A stretch of DNA of 64,000 bases from assembly GCF_009914755.1 (NCBI RefSeq), contig NC_060928.1, one strand, 5' to 3'. The DNA is from the human T2T-CHM13v2.0 reference genome, Homo sapiens. Below, in pieces: positions 28,890 through 47,986 of the stretch. Positions within the stretch are counted from its first letter, which is position 1, and each line of letters opens with the position of its first letter. Below the pieces are notes generated by a model. The model made no database searches. It was not told the origin of the DNA and worked only from the letters and a program-made list of their open reading frames with translations. Both the position numbers and the translations under genes were made by a program.

Positions 28890-29300
28890 TGGCTACTAGG
28901 CACATAGAGATGTGCCTAGGTGTGGAGCTGGGAACCTCACCTGGTCTCAAGTTCTCTGCATGAGGCAGTGGAGCTGCCTAATCTCATCCAGGAGAGTGGG
29001 TCCTCCAGGTGCCAGGAGATCTGCTTGGGTATGGAGCAGAGAGGGCCCTGCTGCACCACAGTCTCTGCACAAGAAGGGAAGGGTAGCTCTGGCTGCAGAT
29101 CCAGGCAAGTGGGTGCTCTGAATGCCTGGAGATACTCCTGGGTGTGGGGAAGAGAGGGCCTCACTGTACCACGGTCTCTGCACAGGAAAGATGGGTGGCT
29201 CAGGCTACTGATCCAGGTGAGCAGGTGCTCTGAATGCATGGAAATCTGCCTGGGGGTGGAGTGTAGAAGGCCCTGCTGCACCATAACCTCAGGAGAGGAG
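28890..29300. repeat. Degenerate ~110-113 bp tandem repeat (3-4 units) in the L1 5'UTR
   Basis: The anchor motif (a/g)gagat-tgcct-ggtgtggag recurs at 28906, 29015, 29128 and 29240 (spacing 109, 113, 112). Confidence 0.8.
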
Positions 29301-32300
29301 GCTGGGCACCCAGCAGGGACACATGCAAACCAGTTCCAGGCCACCAAGCTGGCTCTGTCTGCACGCCTCATTGCCCAGATAAACCATGGCTACAGCGACT
29401 CTCCTCTTACTTTTGGACCTGTGATGGGGGAGAGCACAATTCTAGTACCTACTGTTGGGTTACTTTCTATATTTGTTGCTCAGTTTTGGCTGTGGAGGCC
29501 TTTCCCCTGCTGCAGAGCAAATGCTGCAATATTTGATCCAAGACTAAATTGTCTGCATGACCACACTGCCAAATTGCTGAAGAATGACTGCCTTGTTTGA
29601 GCCTGGATTAAAAATGGCATCCCCTTGTCATTCCTGGTTCTGAGAAAATACATGCAGCTTTTCTCAGTGTGTCCGTCTCAGCGTCTGTAAGCTTTTCCCC
29701 AAGTTAGCTCCAAGGCTGAAGAGAAACAAAGTGCTCTCCCTCGGCCTGGGTTGCGCGGATCCCTAGCAGTAAGGGAAATGACAGCGGGAGGTCCTCTGCC
29801 TCTTATGTATTGAGGCTTCACTCACTTTTACCAGCCAGATGCCATCATGGAGGCTGTTTGCCCACCTTCTCCTCTCTGGAGTCTGGGGTGTCCTTTGCTG
29901 TTGAAGTGGATTTCCGTTTTCCTGTTTGAATTAAAGCTCACAGGGTTTATCTTTATGCACTATTTTGCTATTTGCAAGTGGCTGAGGTATGCGGAAAGCC
30001 TCTCATCTGCCATCTTGGGAAAAAAGGTCATGTGACTTTTGAGGGACTTAAGTGACCGGTTTAACCTCATTATCAGTTTCCTCATCTATGAAATAAGAAA
30101 AACGGAACTACCTCCCTGATGGAGTGGTTACAGGGATGAAGTGAGCTACTCCATGCCTCTCACTGCCATTTCCAAATGAGACACATGAAGCTCATGGAGG
30201 GTCATCAACTTGCTCGAGGTTATAGAACTAAAAATGGCCAAACTGGGATTTGAGCCCACTCTGTTTCCAAAGCCTGTCCCTTAGCTCTTCCACTGTTGTT
30301 GTCTGATGAAGTATATACAAATATATGCATTTAATATTAAATGACTGCAATTACTTGTTTGCTTTTCGAGAAAATCAAGGGGTTAACTGATTTTTACAGC
30401 TAGAGGGTAATGACAGGAAAGCAAACTCCTCTCCCCTGGTCACCTACCCTCTCCTCATACTGCTTTTAGTGTGCTGTCTCCAGGGTGACGTACACCCCAC
30501 AGCCAAGACAGTCTCTCTAGGATCTTCAGACAGTGTCAGGCCTCTCTGGTTACCATCTTCCTCCTCATCTTCATCACCATCAATATAATTCATATAGAAT
30601 AAGAGTATGTCTCACATTTACTAAGTGCTCATATTCTGTAAAGTACATCATGATTCAGATCCTGCTCAACAACTCTGAAAGGTAGACATTACTTTCATCC
30701 CTGCTTTACAAACGGAGGAAACTGAAGTTTAGGTGAAGAATTTTGCCAAATTCACATAGTTGGTAAGTGGGGATTCAGACCCAGGCTGCCTGGCTTTGGA
30801 GGTGGATTCTTAAGCCCTAGACTCTGCTGCTGCTCCTTCCATTCGAAATGGCTTTAGGTAAAAACCTTTTGTCTTCATTGTGACTGTTTAATAGGCTACA
30901 CTGATCCTCAGAAACAGCAGATAACGGGATTATTGCGGATTGAACTGAATCACTGAAAATAGAATATTTTGATGTCTCAAATATATTTTCAGAAATCTAA
31001 AATTATACCAGATAGACTAAGTGGGGAAAGATAAACATGGAGTATCACATAATATATGAAAAACTAACTTTTCTAAACTGTAAACAAATGTATTGAGAAT
31101 AAGCTACATGCTTTCAGCAAAATCATTGTAATTAAGAATGATAAAGTATACATTAATACATATACTGTTGAAGCTTCTATAATCATATAGCCATTTACAT
31201 CAGACTAGGATACTTGTAGAGAAGTTTTTAAAAAATTTTTTCTGGAATGATTTCCTTCCCCTTCTAGATCGGCAGGATTGGGAGAAGGGTATTTTTCTAG
31301 ACTCTGAACGCATAGCCACTTCCTCTTTTTACCTTTTTCTGGGTCCCTCCTCAGTCTGTAGTGCCCTGTAGTCATTTGGTACAAGTATTTCCTTCAGGCG
31401 ACAGCCCAGCAGCACTGAGAACTGCTCACTGTGGACATGAACCCCTCCTGCTGTGTTAGTGAGGCTTGGTGCCTGTCTTCTCTGGGTCTGCTGCTGACAC
31501 AGAGCTAAGCACATGAATTATCAGACTGCGATCTGAGCTGAGACAGATTCTCTCTGCTAGAAATTGAGAATTAGGATTTGGGGAGACTGAGCCAGTTACT
31601 ATGAGGTTGTCTCTGGGCTTTGGGGCTGAAGACATCTCTGTGCTGGGTCAGGTGTAGGCAGAACAGAGAAAAGGCAGTGATGGGGAGAGAATCTGGCAGC
31701 TCCTCAGGAGGGAGAAGAGGAGTGGGAGAGAAGTGGAGACTTGCTGCCTTGACTCTTGATGGCCTCTCATTACTAATCCAAGGCAGTCTTGAGTCCCAGC
31801 TCTTGTTACTTCCTGCTGATTCCTTTTAATAAATCCACTTTTACTTATGCCACTTTGGCAAAGTTTTGGTTGCAACCAAATCATCTCTCCAGCAGTGTGA
31901 GAAAATACAGAGTGTGAGGCACTTGCAGTTCAATAAAGTTACAGATACATAGTTTACTCAGTGAGTTTGGTTTAACTCAGTGTAGTTTTTATTTCCCTTA
32001 CTGCAGGTGTCTCCTGCCTGTCCCTGAGGCTGGCTGCTTCTTAGGCCCAGTCCTTAGGAAAACAGATGGAGCGTGTGTGTCTGGTCAACATAGTTTTAGG
32101 TAGAAACTGGCTCTTTGAAGCCATTCAAACCTGAGCCTATTGGTTGACTCCCAAAATTTTATGGCTAAAACTTGTTTAACTTTATTTTTCAGTTTTCTCA
32201 GCCCACAGTTTAAACCAGAAGTAGCTTTCCTCTGAACTTCCACTAATTTCATTTACTAGATCATGTTTTCTGAGATCTTAGTCTCTATTCTGTGCCTTGC

Positions 32301-32806
32301 ATTCTTCCACATCTCCTGGCTGGTCCTCTGGCCTGCCGGTCCTTTGGTCAGGTAGCATTTTACAGTTCCCTCCTCCATCTGACAGCCTTTTCCTCTATCT
32401 AGCTCTGAAGCTTTAGTACATTAAGACCCACTTTAAAAATGTGATGAGAGCTTTGGGTTCTGTTTCCAGAAAATTGAATGTTTATATATACACACACACC
32501 AAAAAGTGTACACTTTCAGGAATTTTGGGGACTTCTCAGGTTAGGAACCTAGAACCCTGGGGAAACCAAGAGCTGCAACATGATCCATAAAAAAATGGGG
32601 TCTAGAACATTTCTTCAGAGTCAGCCTTTGTGGCCTTTTAGTGTTGACTTTTCCCCCACACTTCCGTGTAGGAACTGAGAGGAGAGGAGGTAAAGATGCC
32701 CCTCACCTCAGACTCATGCTTTATTCTGTCAGTGATGCTGTGTTCCTTTCCCCACCTGGGGCCAGCCACCAAGGAAACCTCCTATTAAAATAATCATTCC
32801 TGAGTT

Positions 32807-34047
32807 TGGCCATGGAAGGTATGAGCCTATACCAAAAGACGTTCTACTTAAATAATGTAAGATACCCACCTTCCATTGTTTTGGATGCTCCTTATCGGGG
32901 ACCTGCCCCGATAATCACGTAGGTTCTTCTCTATTTTCCTAAGTGTCGACTGGCTTGAGAAATAAAAGGACAGAGTACAAAAGAGAGAAATTTTAAAGCT
33001 GGGCGTCCGGGGGAGACATCACACATTGGTAGGATCCGTGATGCCCCACAAGCCACAAAAACCAGCAAGTTTTTATTAGGGAGTTTCAAAAGGGGAGGGA
33101 GTATACGAATAGGTGTGGGTGACAGACATCAAGTACTTAACAGGGTAATAGAATATCACAAGGCAAGTGGAGGCAGGGCGAGATCACAGGACCACAGGAC
33201 TGAAACGAAATTAAAATTGCTAATGAAGTTTTGGGCACCATTGTCATTGATAACATCTTATCAGGAGACAGGGTTTTGAGATCAACCGGTCTGACCAAAA
33301 TTTATTAGGCGGGAATTTCCTCTTCCTAATAAGCCTGGGAGCGGTATGGGAGACTGGAGTTTATTTCACCTCTGCAATCTTGACCATAAGAGACAGGTAC
33401 GCCCTGGGGGGACCAGTTCAGAGACCTACCCCTAGGTGCGCATTCCCTTTCTCAGGGACGTTCCATGCTGAGAAAAAGAATTCAGCGATATTTCTCCCAT
33501 TTGCTTTTGAAAGAAGAGAAATATGGCTCTGTTCTGCCCAGCTCACCGGCGGTCAGAGTTTAAGGTTATCTCTCTTATTCCCTGAACAATTGCTCTTATC
33601 TTGTTCTTTTTTCAGGGTGCCCACATTTCATATTGCTCAAACACACATGCTGTACAATTTGTGTAGTTAACGCAATTATTACAGGGTCCTGAGATGATAT
33701 ACATCCTTCTCGGCTGACAGGATTAAGACATTAAAGCAAAGACAGGCATAGGAAATCACAAGGATATTGATTGGGGAAGTGATAAGTGTCCATGAAATCT
33801 TTACAATTTATGTTTAGAGATTGCAGTAAAGACAGGCATAAGAAATTACAAAAGTATTAATTTGGGGAACTAATAAATGTCCATAAAATCTTCACAATCC
33901 ACATTCTTCTGTCATGGCTTCAGCTGGTCCCTCCGTTTGGGGTCCCTGACTTCCCGCAACACTCCTGATATTCAGCCTTCTGCCTGAATGAGGAGGAGGA
34001 AAGAAATTGATTGGAGGGCAGATGAAGAAGGCACCCCGTCCTTCAGG
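32807..34047 (+). repeat. Copy 1 of a ~170-bp local direct repeat, split by the MER11 LTR (32807-32892 + 33967-34047)
   Basis: tggccatggaaggtatgagc...ttctacttaaataatg...gatgctcct [LTR] gatattcagccttctgcctgaatga...gaagaaggcac...ttcagg aligns to 36716-36885. Confidence 0.9.
32893..33961 (-). mobile_element. MER11 (HERV-K11/HML-8) solo LTR, MER11C-like, 1069 bp
   Basis: The reverse strand starts tgttgcgggaagtcagggacccc and ends ggggcaggtccccgata. ctcct is duplicated at 32888-32892 and 33962-33966. Confidence 0.9.
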
Positions 34048-34432
34048 TCAGGTCTTCATGGTGCAACCTCATTATCTCATTTGAATTCTTACGAATGTCT
34101 CCCAAATTCAAAACATTCAGAAGCACAAATGCTGCATTTAGTTAGTGATAACCAGTAGGTAAGCGTTTGCACAAATCTCAGTTCCTGTATCTTTGGAATG
34201 GCAAACAGTAACATCCTACCTAACTAAACATTTTGACGAATGAATGTTAGCCAGAAAATGGCTAAACTAAGGGCTAACAGTCTTAGCTCAGGCACACTGG
34301 GGCATGACAGTTCTAGTTCTGCTAGACTTCAATTAATCTTCCAATTTCCAAGATAACTAAAAGTCAGAGTGGGCAACGTGGCCACTTGATGAAGCGGGCC
34401 TCTACAGAGGGTCCTCCAAATAGGAGTCTTTC

Positions 34433-35080
34433 GATGGAATCAATCCAAATGCCCATGAGTGGTAGACCAGATAAAGAAAATGTGGCACATATACACCATG
34501 GAGTACTAAAAAGAACAAGATCATGTCCTTTGCAGCAACATGGATGGAGCTGGAGGTCTATTAAGTGAACTAACATAGGAACAGAAAATTATCACATGTT
34601 CTTACTTATGAACAGGAGCCAAACATTGAGTACATAGGGACACAAAAAGGGAACAACAGACGCCGAGGTCTACTTGAGGGACGAGGGAGGTCGGAGCACG
34701 AGGATCACAAAACTGCCTATTAGACCCTGGGCAACATGGTGAAACCCTGTCTCTACAAAAATACAGAAAAACGGGCCTGGTGTTGTGGTGCATACCTGTG
34801 GTCCCAGCTACTTGGGAGGCTGAGGTGGGAGGATTACTTGGGACCAGGAGGTCGAGGCTGCAGTGAGCCATGATCACACCATACACTGCAGCCTGAGTGA
34901 CAGAGAGAGACCCTGTCTCAATAGAAAAACAAGAAAAACTACCTATTGTTTACTATGCTTTTCACCTTGGTGACAAAATAACCTTTACACCAAACCCCCG
35001 TGACACACAATTTGTCTATATAACAAACCTGCATGTGTACCCCTGAACCTAAAAAAAAAAAAAAATAAATAAAAGAAAAC
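34433..35080 (+). mobile_element. Old L1PA (L1PA15-17-like) 3' fragment with poly(A) and 15-bp TSD
   Basis: L1 3'UTR ending aacctgcatgtgtacccctgaacctaaaaa. TSD aaataggagtctttc (34418-34432) / aaatagaagtctttc (35081-35095). Confidence 0.88.
34722..34934 (+). mobile_element. 5'-truncated AluJ nested in that L1
   Basis: TSD aaaactgcctatt (34709-34721) / aaaactacctatt (34935-34947). Confidence 0.9.
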
Positions 35081-35139
35081 AAATAGAAGTCTTTCCATTA
35101 GGTCTAGGGCCCGCTTCTCTGGGTATGTTAGCGGTCCTT

Positions 35140-35718
35140 AGGGCCACGTCTTTGTCTGGAGATTTACTGGAAGGACCCGTGAGACTCTGCATTTAGTTGC
35201 ACTCACAGTTAGATTGAAGGCAGCCCTGTAGTGAGAATATGCAGCCAGATCATAAGAGAAAAAGACACAGGTGGCATCTGCAGCAATCCAAATCCACATC
35301 CCGGCTTCCTCATGTTTTTTCCCAGGAGGGGCCTTACGGAGCTTACTCTTCCCCAGCAACAAAAATGTAGCCCCAAGTGGATGATGTTTCAGTCCAAGAA
35401 AGCCCAGGTATTAGAGACTAAGTGCCCAAGGTTTTTGTTGGGAGATAGTCACATGCGCATCCTTTACCTAGTGTGTACCAAAATTCCAGGCTCCCAGAAG
35501 GCGAGGAGGTATTCAGCATGACAACTGCACATGCACAGTTTTGTACAAACAGTTTGGGCACATGGGATACACCCTAACCATTTAGGGAATGTTTTATATC
35601 AGTTTATAGAACTGTGTACCAGCCAAGTTCCCAGATGCCAAAACAGGTCCAAGTTTGCAGGCAGGCCTTTCTAAGGATAGTAGGCTCAGGCCTGCTGTGT
35701 TTACTCTTTTTCTGCACG
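35140..35718 (-). mobile_element. ERVL LTR (MER68/MER77-like)
   Basis: Ends ...ccaagttcccagatgcca...gcaggcctttctaaggatag...caggcctgctgtgtttactctttttctgcac, the reverse complement of the recalled MER68/77 5' end. Confidence 0.7.
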
Positions 35719-36300
35719 CTGAGTACCTTTTAACTGCCGTAGTGAGGAACTTAGGAGCAGGGAAGAGGATGACATTCTGGTTCTCCTGCAAGGATGCTGT
35801 CATAAAGATTCATAGCCTTTCCTCTTTTGCTTTGGCAGGGTCTCCCCGTTCTATAGGTGAAGTGCGAATTGTCAGCCACATTCAAAAAGTGCAGGATTAA
35901 CTTCAGTGTGGAGCCTGGGAATCCAGAAGAATGTGGCCATTACGGGTTAAGGAAATTACAAGCCATGCAGTCTTATGTCACTGGATTAATTTGGCACAGG
36001 ATGAAAAGTCCCTCAAAAGCGCTCCTTGTTTTAGCTTTCCAGTTGGTTGATTTCTCTTTGAGAGTGACCCTGGAGGGCAGAATCAGCTCTGTGAGCTTTC
36101 TTTCTCCTTCCACCCCTAAGCCTGATTGCATGCTGTCGTTCGGTCCCCACATTTTTTGGAGAAGCCAGGTGTTGCCACGTTTGTCCTGCTCTCTCGTCTA
36201 CATCTGGTCAAACTTCCCCCTTCACACTGAGTCACACTGACCACCCCTCCCAGATCTGCTCCCTCTATTTGTCTTTTGGATTTTTCTCTAAAAAGCGTTT

Positions 36301-36635
<335 letters not shown>

Positions 36636-36715
36636 TAAAACAATTTCTAGACTTCTGCCATCCAGTATTAGTGCCATTTTCCTCCTCCCATGAGCCATCT
36701 TCAATTCATTTAAGA

Positions 36716-36885
36716 TGGCCATGGAAGGTATGAGCTTGTACCACGGGACTTTCTACTTAAATAATGAAAGACACCCATCATCTATTGTTTTGCGATGCTC
36801 TGGTATTCAGCCTTCTGCCTGAATGAAGAAGAAAGTAAGAAACTGATTGGAGGGTGTATTGAAGAAGGCACCTCTGTCTTTCAGG
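36716..36885 (+). repeat. Copy 2 (uninterrupted) of the ~170-bp local direct repeat
   Basis: Collinear with 32807-32892 joined to 33967-34047. It reads gatgctctggtattcagcc across the position where copy 1 has the LTR. Confidence 0.9.
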
Positions 36886-39624
36886 ACATTATTAGTCATT
36901 AGTCATTACTACTTCTTATGCAGATATTTGTAGAATTACCTTCTTTCTAATATCTTACCTATGCATACCTAATTCATAATGATTTGGGAGCAGGGTTTGG
37001 CTTTTGCTTTTGTTTATATCTTGTTCTTTCTTGACCAGATAGTGATGAATTCTTTTGATTGTCATGCAGTATTCTGTAAGTTTTTCTTGATATGACAGAG
37101 ATACATTTATCTAGAATTCTAGAGCAGAGTCAAACCTAATCATTGGAAGCTCTAAAGATCTGTACTCTGCCTGGAATTTGCTTCACAATAATTTTAAGGG
37201 TGGGAATATAGATGAACTAAGATTGGTCATGAGTTAGTAATTGATTCGGCTAGGTGATGATGTATGTAGGAGTTCATTATATTATTCTTTTTCCTTACAT
37301 TTATGTCTGAAATTATTCATAACAATAGTTAAATGACCTGATACTTGTTGCTAGCATCCTTGTATACAATTATTAATTTATTCAGCAAACATTAAGCTGC
37401 TATGTGAACAGGTACAAAAGATTAAAAAAGCATGTCATGCTTTCTAGAAGTCCAATATTTAGTGAGAAAGTCAGCTGTGCAACTGTGACACAGTAGAAAC
37501 CCAGTAGCATGGTCTGGAGATCGTCTGAGTTTGGACCTACAAGGAGCCTGTCGTTTGCTTTGTTCAAAGCCAGGTTAACACCATTTCTGCAATTTAAAGA
37601 CTTCGTGTACTAAGCATTTATTTGTGAGTCAACATAGTTGTGTCTTCAGAAGATTTACCTATTCCATTCACAGTAGTAGGCCTGCAGAGGATATAATGGA
37701 TATAATTATGAAATACAAAACTCTTTTTCCTAAGCATTCTAGTCTGCTTGGGGGAGAGGGTAGGCATTAAAGGCTCAGTGAGGAGCTGGTGTTTCAGACA
37801 TGGGCAAGCTCTAGTTCATGCAAACCGTGAATCAACAGCCAACCCTGAAAGGGTAGATAGTATTGATGTATCTGCAGTTTACAGATCAATGCAAGAAAAT
37901 GAAGCTTGGAGAGCTGAAATTAACTTGCCCAAGGTCACACAGCTTGCTTTATTCATTTATAGCCTGACTTCTTCCAAAAGGGATTTCGGGCAGCTAAGCC
38001 ACACAGTTAGAAAGTTCCTTGTGGTCTTTCTACTGTCCCAAGAAAAACAAGGCTGTATTTTTTTCCTTTTGAGCTTAAATGATGCATAGTGTTTCAGTCA
38101 ACATTACTACATGGATGGCTTCAAGTTTAAATTGCACAAAAGTGCTTATGTATGTCTCTGTTGGAATGTGTGGGAGTAAGAAAGGAAATCCCTGTATTTG
38201 ATTTCATAAAGTCATGAGCTTTATATAGTTGCTTGAGCCACACATGCCGGTGCCTGGCTGTGTGCACAAGAAAGTTCTTGTTAATCCTTGCACAGCTGGT
38301 GTGGTGTTTGTCGTCATTATTACTTATTCTTAATTACCAGAAGTGCACATGGGCTACAGATTTTAGCCTGTGCCAAAGTAAATCTCTAAAGTAGTTGGAT
38401 TAATAGGTTATGGGGAAGATTTATAATCCTTTGTGAATGATACTAATTCTGTATATGTTCATATAAAGAAACAGTTGACATCAGAAACTCAAAATGTAGA
38501 TCGTAATCTCAATGTTATTCTCAATATCCATCTCCTGTACTCTTTAATTTGTTGCTGAATCAACATTGCTTTATTCGTAGATTGAAAATGGAATTTATTT
38601 CTAGGCTATCCCATTCTTAGGCAATTGTCTGTCTTTCTCTGCCCCAGCAATACGTAAAAGTTGAAACATTCTCCTAGGAAAGGCTTCAAATACTTGATTT
38701 CTCTGGAATGTCATTTATGTTTAGGTGGAAATGGGGGGAAATGACCGCTAAGAGGATTAGTCATTATTTTCATCATTTAATGAAGGAATTAGATTATTTG
38801 TGCTTAATGTGCTAATAAGCACAGAGTAAGCTGTACTTATTGATGGGTCGACGTGGAAAGGTCCTCTGAGTGAGAATTGTTTCTTGTGTGTAATCGTATT
38901 ATTCTGTGGTTCCCGCAGAACTGTGTTTCTAGGGCCACAGACAGATCCACAGTGTAACTTTTTTGGAAGTCTATGTGTTTTTATCCACATTCTATGTAAC
39001 TTAAAACCCTTTTACTTTATTTTATTATTGAGATAGATCCAAACTGTTATAAATTGTTTTTCATTCTCCATTGCTACCCATTCTTGGCAGCCTTCCCATT
39101 CATTCCTCTAGGTCAGTGATAACCAGTTTTTATGTTTCACATCCTTTTGAGGATTTGATGAAAAATAATCCACTTTCTGAAAACATACCAGTGCGTATAC
39201 ACCATTCATATACGATTTAAGGGCACACAGTACCTCCAAAGTCTATGAATAGACTTGGTTAGAAACCCTGGCTCTAGGTGAAAACAGCAAGGGTGATATT
39301 AAAATACTGTAATAAAAATATGTGATCTACTTACAGTGTGGAGTGTGGGAGGAGTAGGGAAGCTTATCAAGTTAGAGCTTGCCACATGTTACCGTATATT
39401 ATGTTTTCCTTATGTATTTACCAGCATTATTTCTTGTCTACTTATTATTATCTAAAACAGATATCTCAAACATGTTTTAAGATGACAGAGTAAAGACAGA
39501 TTTGTCAGCCTTACAATACAGACCACCAGTAGGTTAGAAGAAAAAATAATAACCTGGTATCAGTCAGAGACAAAGGCTAGAGACCAGCAAACAAAATTTC
39601 CAAAAATTTGCATGGTCCATCTCT

Positions 39625-39920
<296 letters not shown>

Positions 39921-40573
39921 GGTCCATCTCTTTTATACTCCCAACTTGACCTTCCACAGGGGGCCTGTATGTGTGAAATACTCAAAAAGCTCTTCTTTAG
40001 AAGTAGGTGCAGGAGATGGTTTGGGCAGCTTTGGGTAAAGACTTGCAACTTCCACAAAGGTACAGTCTCCTCCTGATTGTCCTCCTCTTTTCAGAGAAAG
40101 GAGAGAATAGCTAGGATATGGCCTATGGAAACCTCTATCATAAACACCCAGAGTTAGCCATCTCCAGCAATAAACAGAAAGGCAGTCGAAAACAAAACAT
40201 CAAAATGGAAACTAAATAAAAAATGAATTGCCTCAGGAGAGGAAGGTGGGAAAGATGAACCCTGAGATAGAGGGGGATGTTTTGTTTCCTACCCTCATAA
40301 CTTCCAATGTGATTGTCTTAACATGACCATCTCATACTCTGTCCATCTTGTGCCTTGAGAATGCTAGGAAGTGGATGATAAACTGGCCCAGACTGGCCAT
40401 CTGAGACTGAGACTCCCTGGGGGACTGAAGGACCAGAGCTTCTGTTGGAATCGTGTACAGCCCAGTCAGGGGAGTGAACACAGCTTGAAGTGTGTTAGCA
40501 AAACCACAGCAATGAGGGCAATGACCAGGCTGCATAGATGCCTGGCTGAATCCTCATCCTCCCTGTACCCATT

Positions 40574-40934
40574 TGTTATGGACTAAACTGTGACCCCTCC
40601 CAAAATTCATATGTTGAAGCCCTAACTTTAACCATTGTAACTGTATTTGAAGGCAGGGTCTTGAAGGAAGTAATCAGGTGAAATGAGGTCATGAAGGTGG
40701 GGTCCTAACCCTATAGGCCTGGTGTCCTTAAGAGGTACATGCACAGAGCAAAGGCCATGTTGTGAGGGAACAGGGAGAAGCAGCCATCCACAAGCCAGGG
40801 AGGGAGGCCTCAGGAGAAGCTAGCCCTGCCAGCACCATGGTCTTGGACTTGCAGCCTCCAGAAGTGTGAGAAGATAAATTTCTGTTGTTACCCTGTCTGT
40901 GGTATTCTGTCATAGCAGCCCCAGCCGACTAATA
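40574..40934 (+). mobile_element. MLT1A/B-like solo LTR
   Basis: tgttatggactaaactgtg...ccaaaattcatatgttgaagccctaac...cttggacttgcagcctccagaagtgtgagaagataaatttctgttg. Confidence 0.85.
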
Positions 40935-41099
40935 ACCATTCTCTCATGTGACAGAACACTGAGCAGGCAAAACTGTAGTGCACGGAAGAATAACACAGAT
41001 ATCCAAAACATGGGAAGAGATTCAAGAAGTTGTCACCCCTGGTGTAGTGGTGTGAATAAAAAGTGTTAACAAAGCTGTCCACTTAAAATATTTGTGTAA

Positions 41100-42960
41100 T
41101 TGAAATTAACTAACCAAAATACCCAGTGTGGAATCTACAAACGTATTGCAGCAGGAGGGAAAAATGTAAACTGTACATCAATAATCTATTTTGGAAGAAA
41201 TAACTGATCTAAGAAAGAGAAGAAATGAACTTACTAAAATTAATCTCTATAGAACTATTCAGTAAAATGGGAATTCAAAAATAAAGTGACTAAATATGAT
41301 TCTTTAAGGGAGCTTGCTGAGCTAAGACAACAGACATCCAAAACAACATTTCAAAACAAATGAACAATTTAAAAATGGAAATGAGTAGAATCAAAAGTTA
41401 AAAAATGATCGTTGATGAAGCAGTCACAGTGAATGAAAGGAGAAAGACAGATGAGAAGATGGAGAAAGCATTGGATGTGGAGGACAAAGATGGCCCATCA
41501 GAAGGCATCAACACAGGTATAGAACCAGACACGTAGAACAGAAATAACTTTAATGGTAAAACAACAGAATTTTTTTTGTCAGAATCAAAGAATAACTTAA
41601 CCTGGTCAAAGAATCCACTAAATTTCAAGAAAGATTAATTCTGAGGTTGATAAGTCTTGAGTATCAATTTCTGGCCACAAAGGAAAATGCCAGATTTCAA
41701 AAGGCAGAAATAATCACTTTTTTCTCATCCATAATAGTTCTCAAATTTAGGAATTACCAACAGTAATAATAGGAGCAAAAAAATTAGTCCCAGTAATAAG
41801 GAATTTTTAAAACTTTCATGTTTCATGGATTGAAGTAGAAACCTTAAAAATTATAGAATATCTAGAAAAAATATTACAAAAACAAGCATATCAAAACTGA
41901 AATGGCAGGGCAAAACTTACATTCTGAGAGAAGTTTATAGCCTTAAGTAACTGTATAGCTGAGTCAGAAAAAAATGAAATAAGCATTCACCTACTCCCCA
42001 AATTAGAAGATAATAACACATACAAAAGCAGAAATTAATGAATTAGGAAAGAGAAAAAAAGTAGCGTTTATGAATCCTAAATTTCAGGGGGGATTGGGAA
42101 GGATAAAAGAGATAAACTGTGGGCTAGTCAAGGAAAGGGATGGGGAGAGAGGGCCTACATGTATAAAAACAAATACAGAAATAATAGATATACAGTGCAT
42201 ATAATTTTAAAAATCTGAATGAAGTTAGTGAAATAAACTGAGAGAATTTTCAAAGAGCAATCATCTATTCCCCAAAAAGCACCAGAGTCAGATATTTTCA
42301 CTGCTGAATGCTTTAAAACTCAGAAGAAACAGTTAAATCTTTGGATATTGAAACTGGTCTACACCATAGTGAAGGAAAACTGCAAATTCTTTTTGTGACG
42401 TCAGCAGGGCACTAATGCCAAGTCTGTGAAAGATAAAGTTGTAGATCAGTTTTACTTACCAATATTATATAGAGTTCTTAAATAATATTTCAGCAAATAG
42501 AATCAATACTTTATAACATTGCAGTTTAGGTCGTTTTCATCCCTGAAAGGGGATGATATTGAGCCACAAGCATGGCTCAGGATTTGAAAATACATTAGTA
42601 TATCCTACTATTAAGTGAAAAGAGAAAGTCAGCAGATTCCTAAAAGCATTTGAGAAAATTTACATTAATTCGTGATACCATACTTCAATGAAACAGAAAT
42701 TGTAGCTACTTCCTAAATATATCTTAAAATTTGTATTTTAGCCCTTAATTTAGTATTCTGTTTAATTGTTGAAATGTTTATAATATTGACAACATGACTT
42801 ACTATTTCTATTAACTATTGCCCTGGAAGAACTAGACAAGAAGAGAGAAGAGAGGGAAACGAGGTGGTATCTAAAACCTGGAAGGGGAAAATTTTGCACT
42901 ATCCACAGATATGATTGTGTACATAGAGAGCCCTGGAAAACAAATGGAAGAACTGTTATG
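41100..42960 (+). mobile_element. Ancient, highly decayed L1M body; continues at ~43740-43825 and ~47790-48300
   Basis: A-rich strand with ORF2-like relics (aaaagcaccagagtcagatattttcactgctgaat; aaagcatttgagaaaatttaca; cagatatgattgtgtacatagagagccc). Confidence 0.65.
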
Positions 42961-42967
42961 CTAACAT

Positions 42968-43735
<768 letters not shown>

Positions 43736-43832
43736 ACATGATGGGGGATTAAAAGGAATTACCAGAATGGATAGCTTCCTTACTACAAGAATCAGAAAAT
43801 ACAGTGGGAAAAATAGCTCCTATTAACAGTGT

Positions 43833-47777
<3,945 letters not shown>

Positions 47778-47986
47778 AACAGTGTCTTTTATCTGAGTGT
47801 AAGCCTAAATCAGCAAGTGAAGAACACCTATGTGAAGAAAGCTGCAAAATTATGCTAAGAGACGTGAGAGAAATCTCCTTGAGGGGAGGAACTACGTGGT
47901 TTTCTGTACTGCTGGCGGGGGTGTGAACTGGAACATCCTTTCTGTGAGGGTTTGGCAGTGTCTATCAAAGCTTGAAATGCACTTAG

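Noticed and set aside
28890-29300. Regularly spaced repeats as a CRISPR-like array
   Set aside because: Whole units are homologous (no unique spacers), the DNA is eukaryotic and no cas genes are present.
27697-29600. Several 120-226 aa overlapping ORFs as a new gene
   Set aside because: They lie in the GC-rich, tandemly repeated L1 5'UTR/ORF1 start. There is no recognisable domain or splice structure.
41398-41628. Purine-rich stretch resembling a coding exon on the + strand
   Set aside because: Embedded in decayed L1M sequence; no similarity to the expected downstream ARHGAP10 peptide and no convincing splice-site pair.
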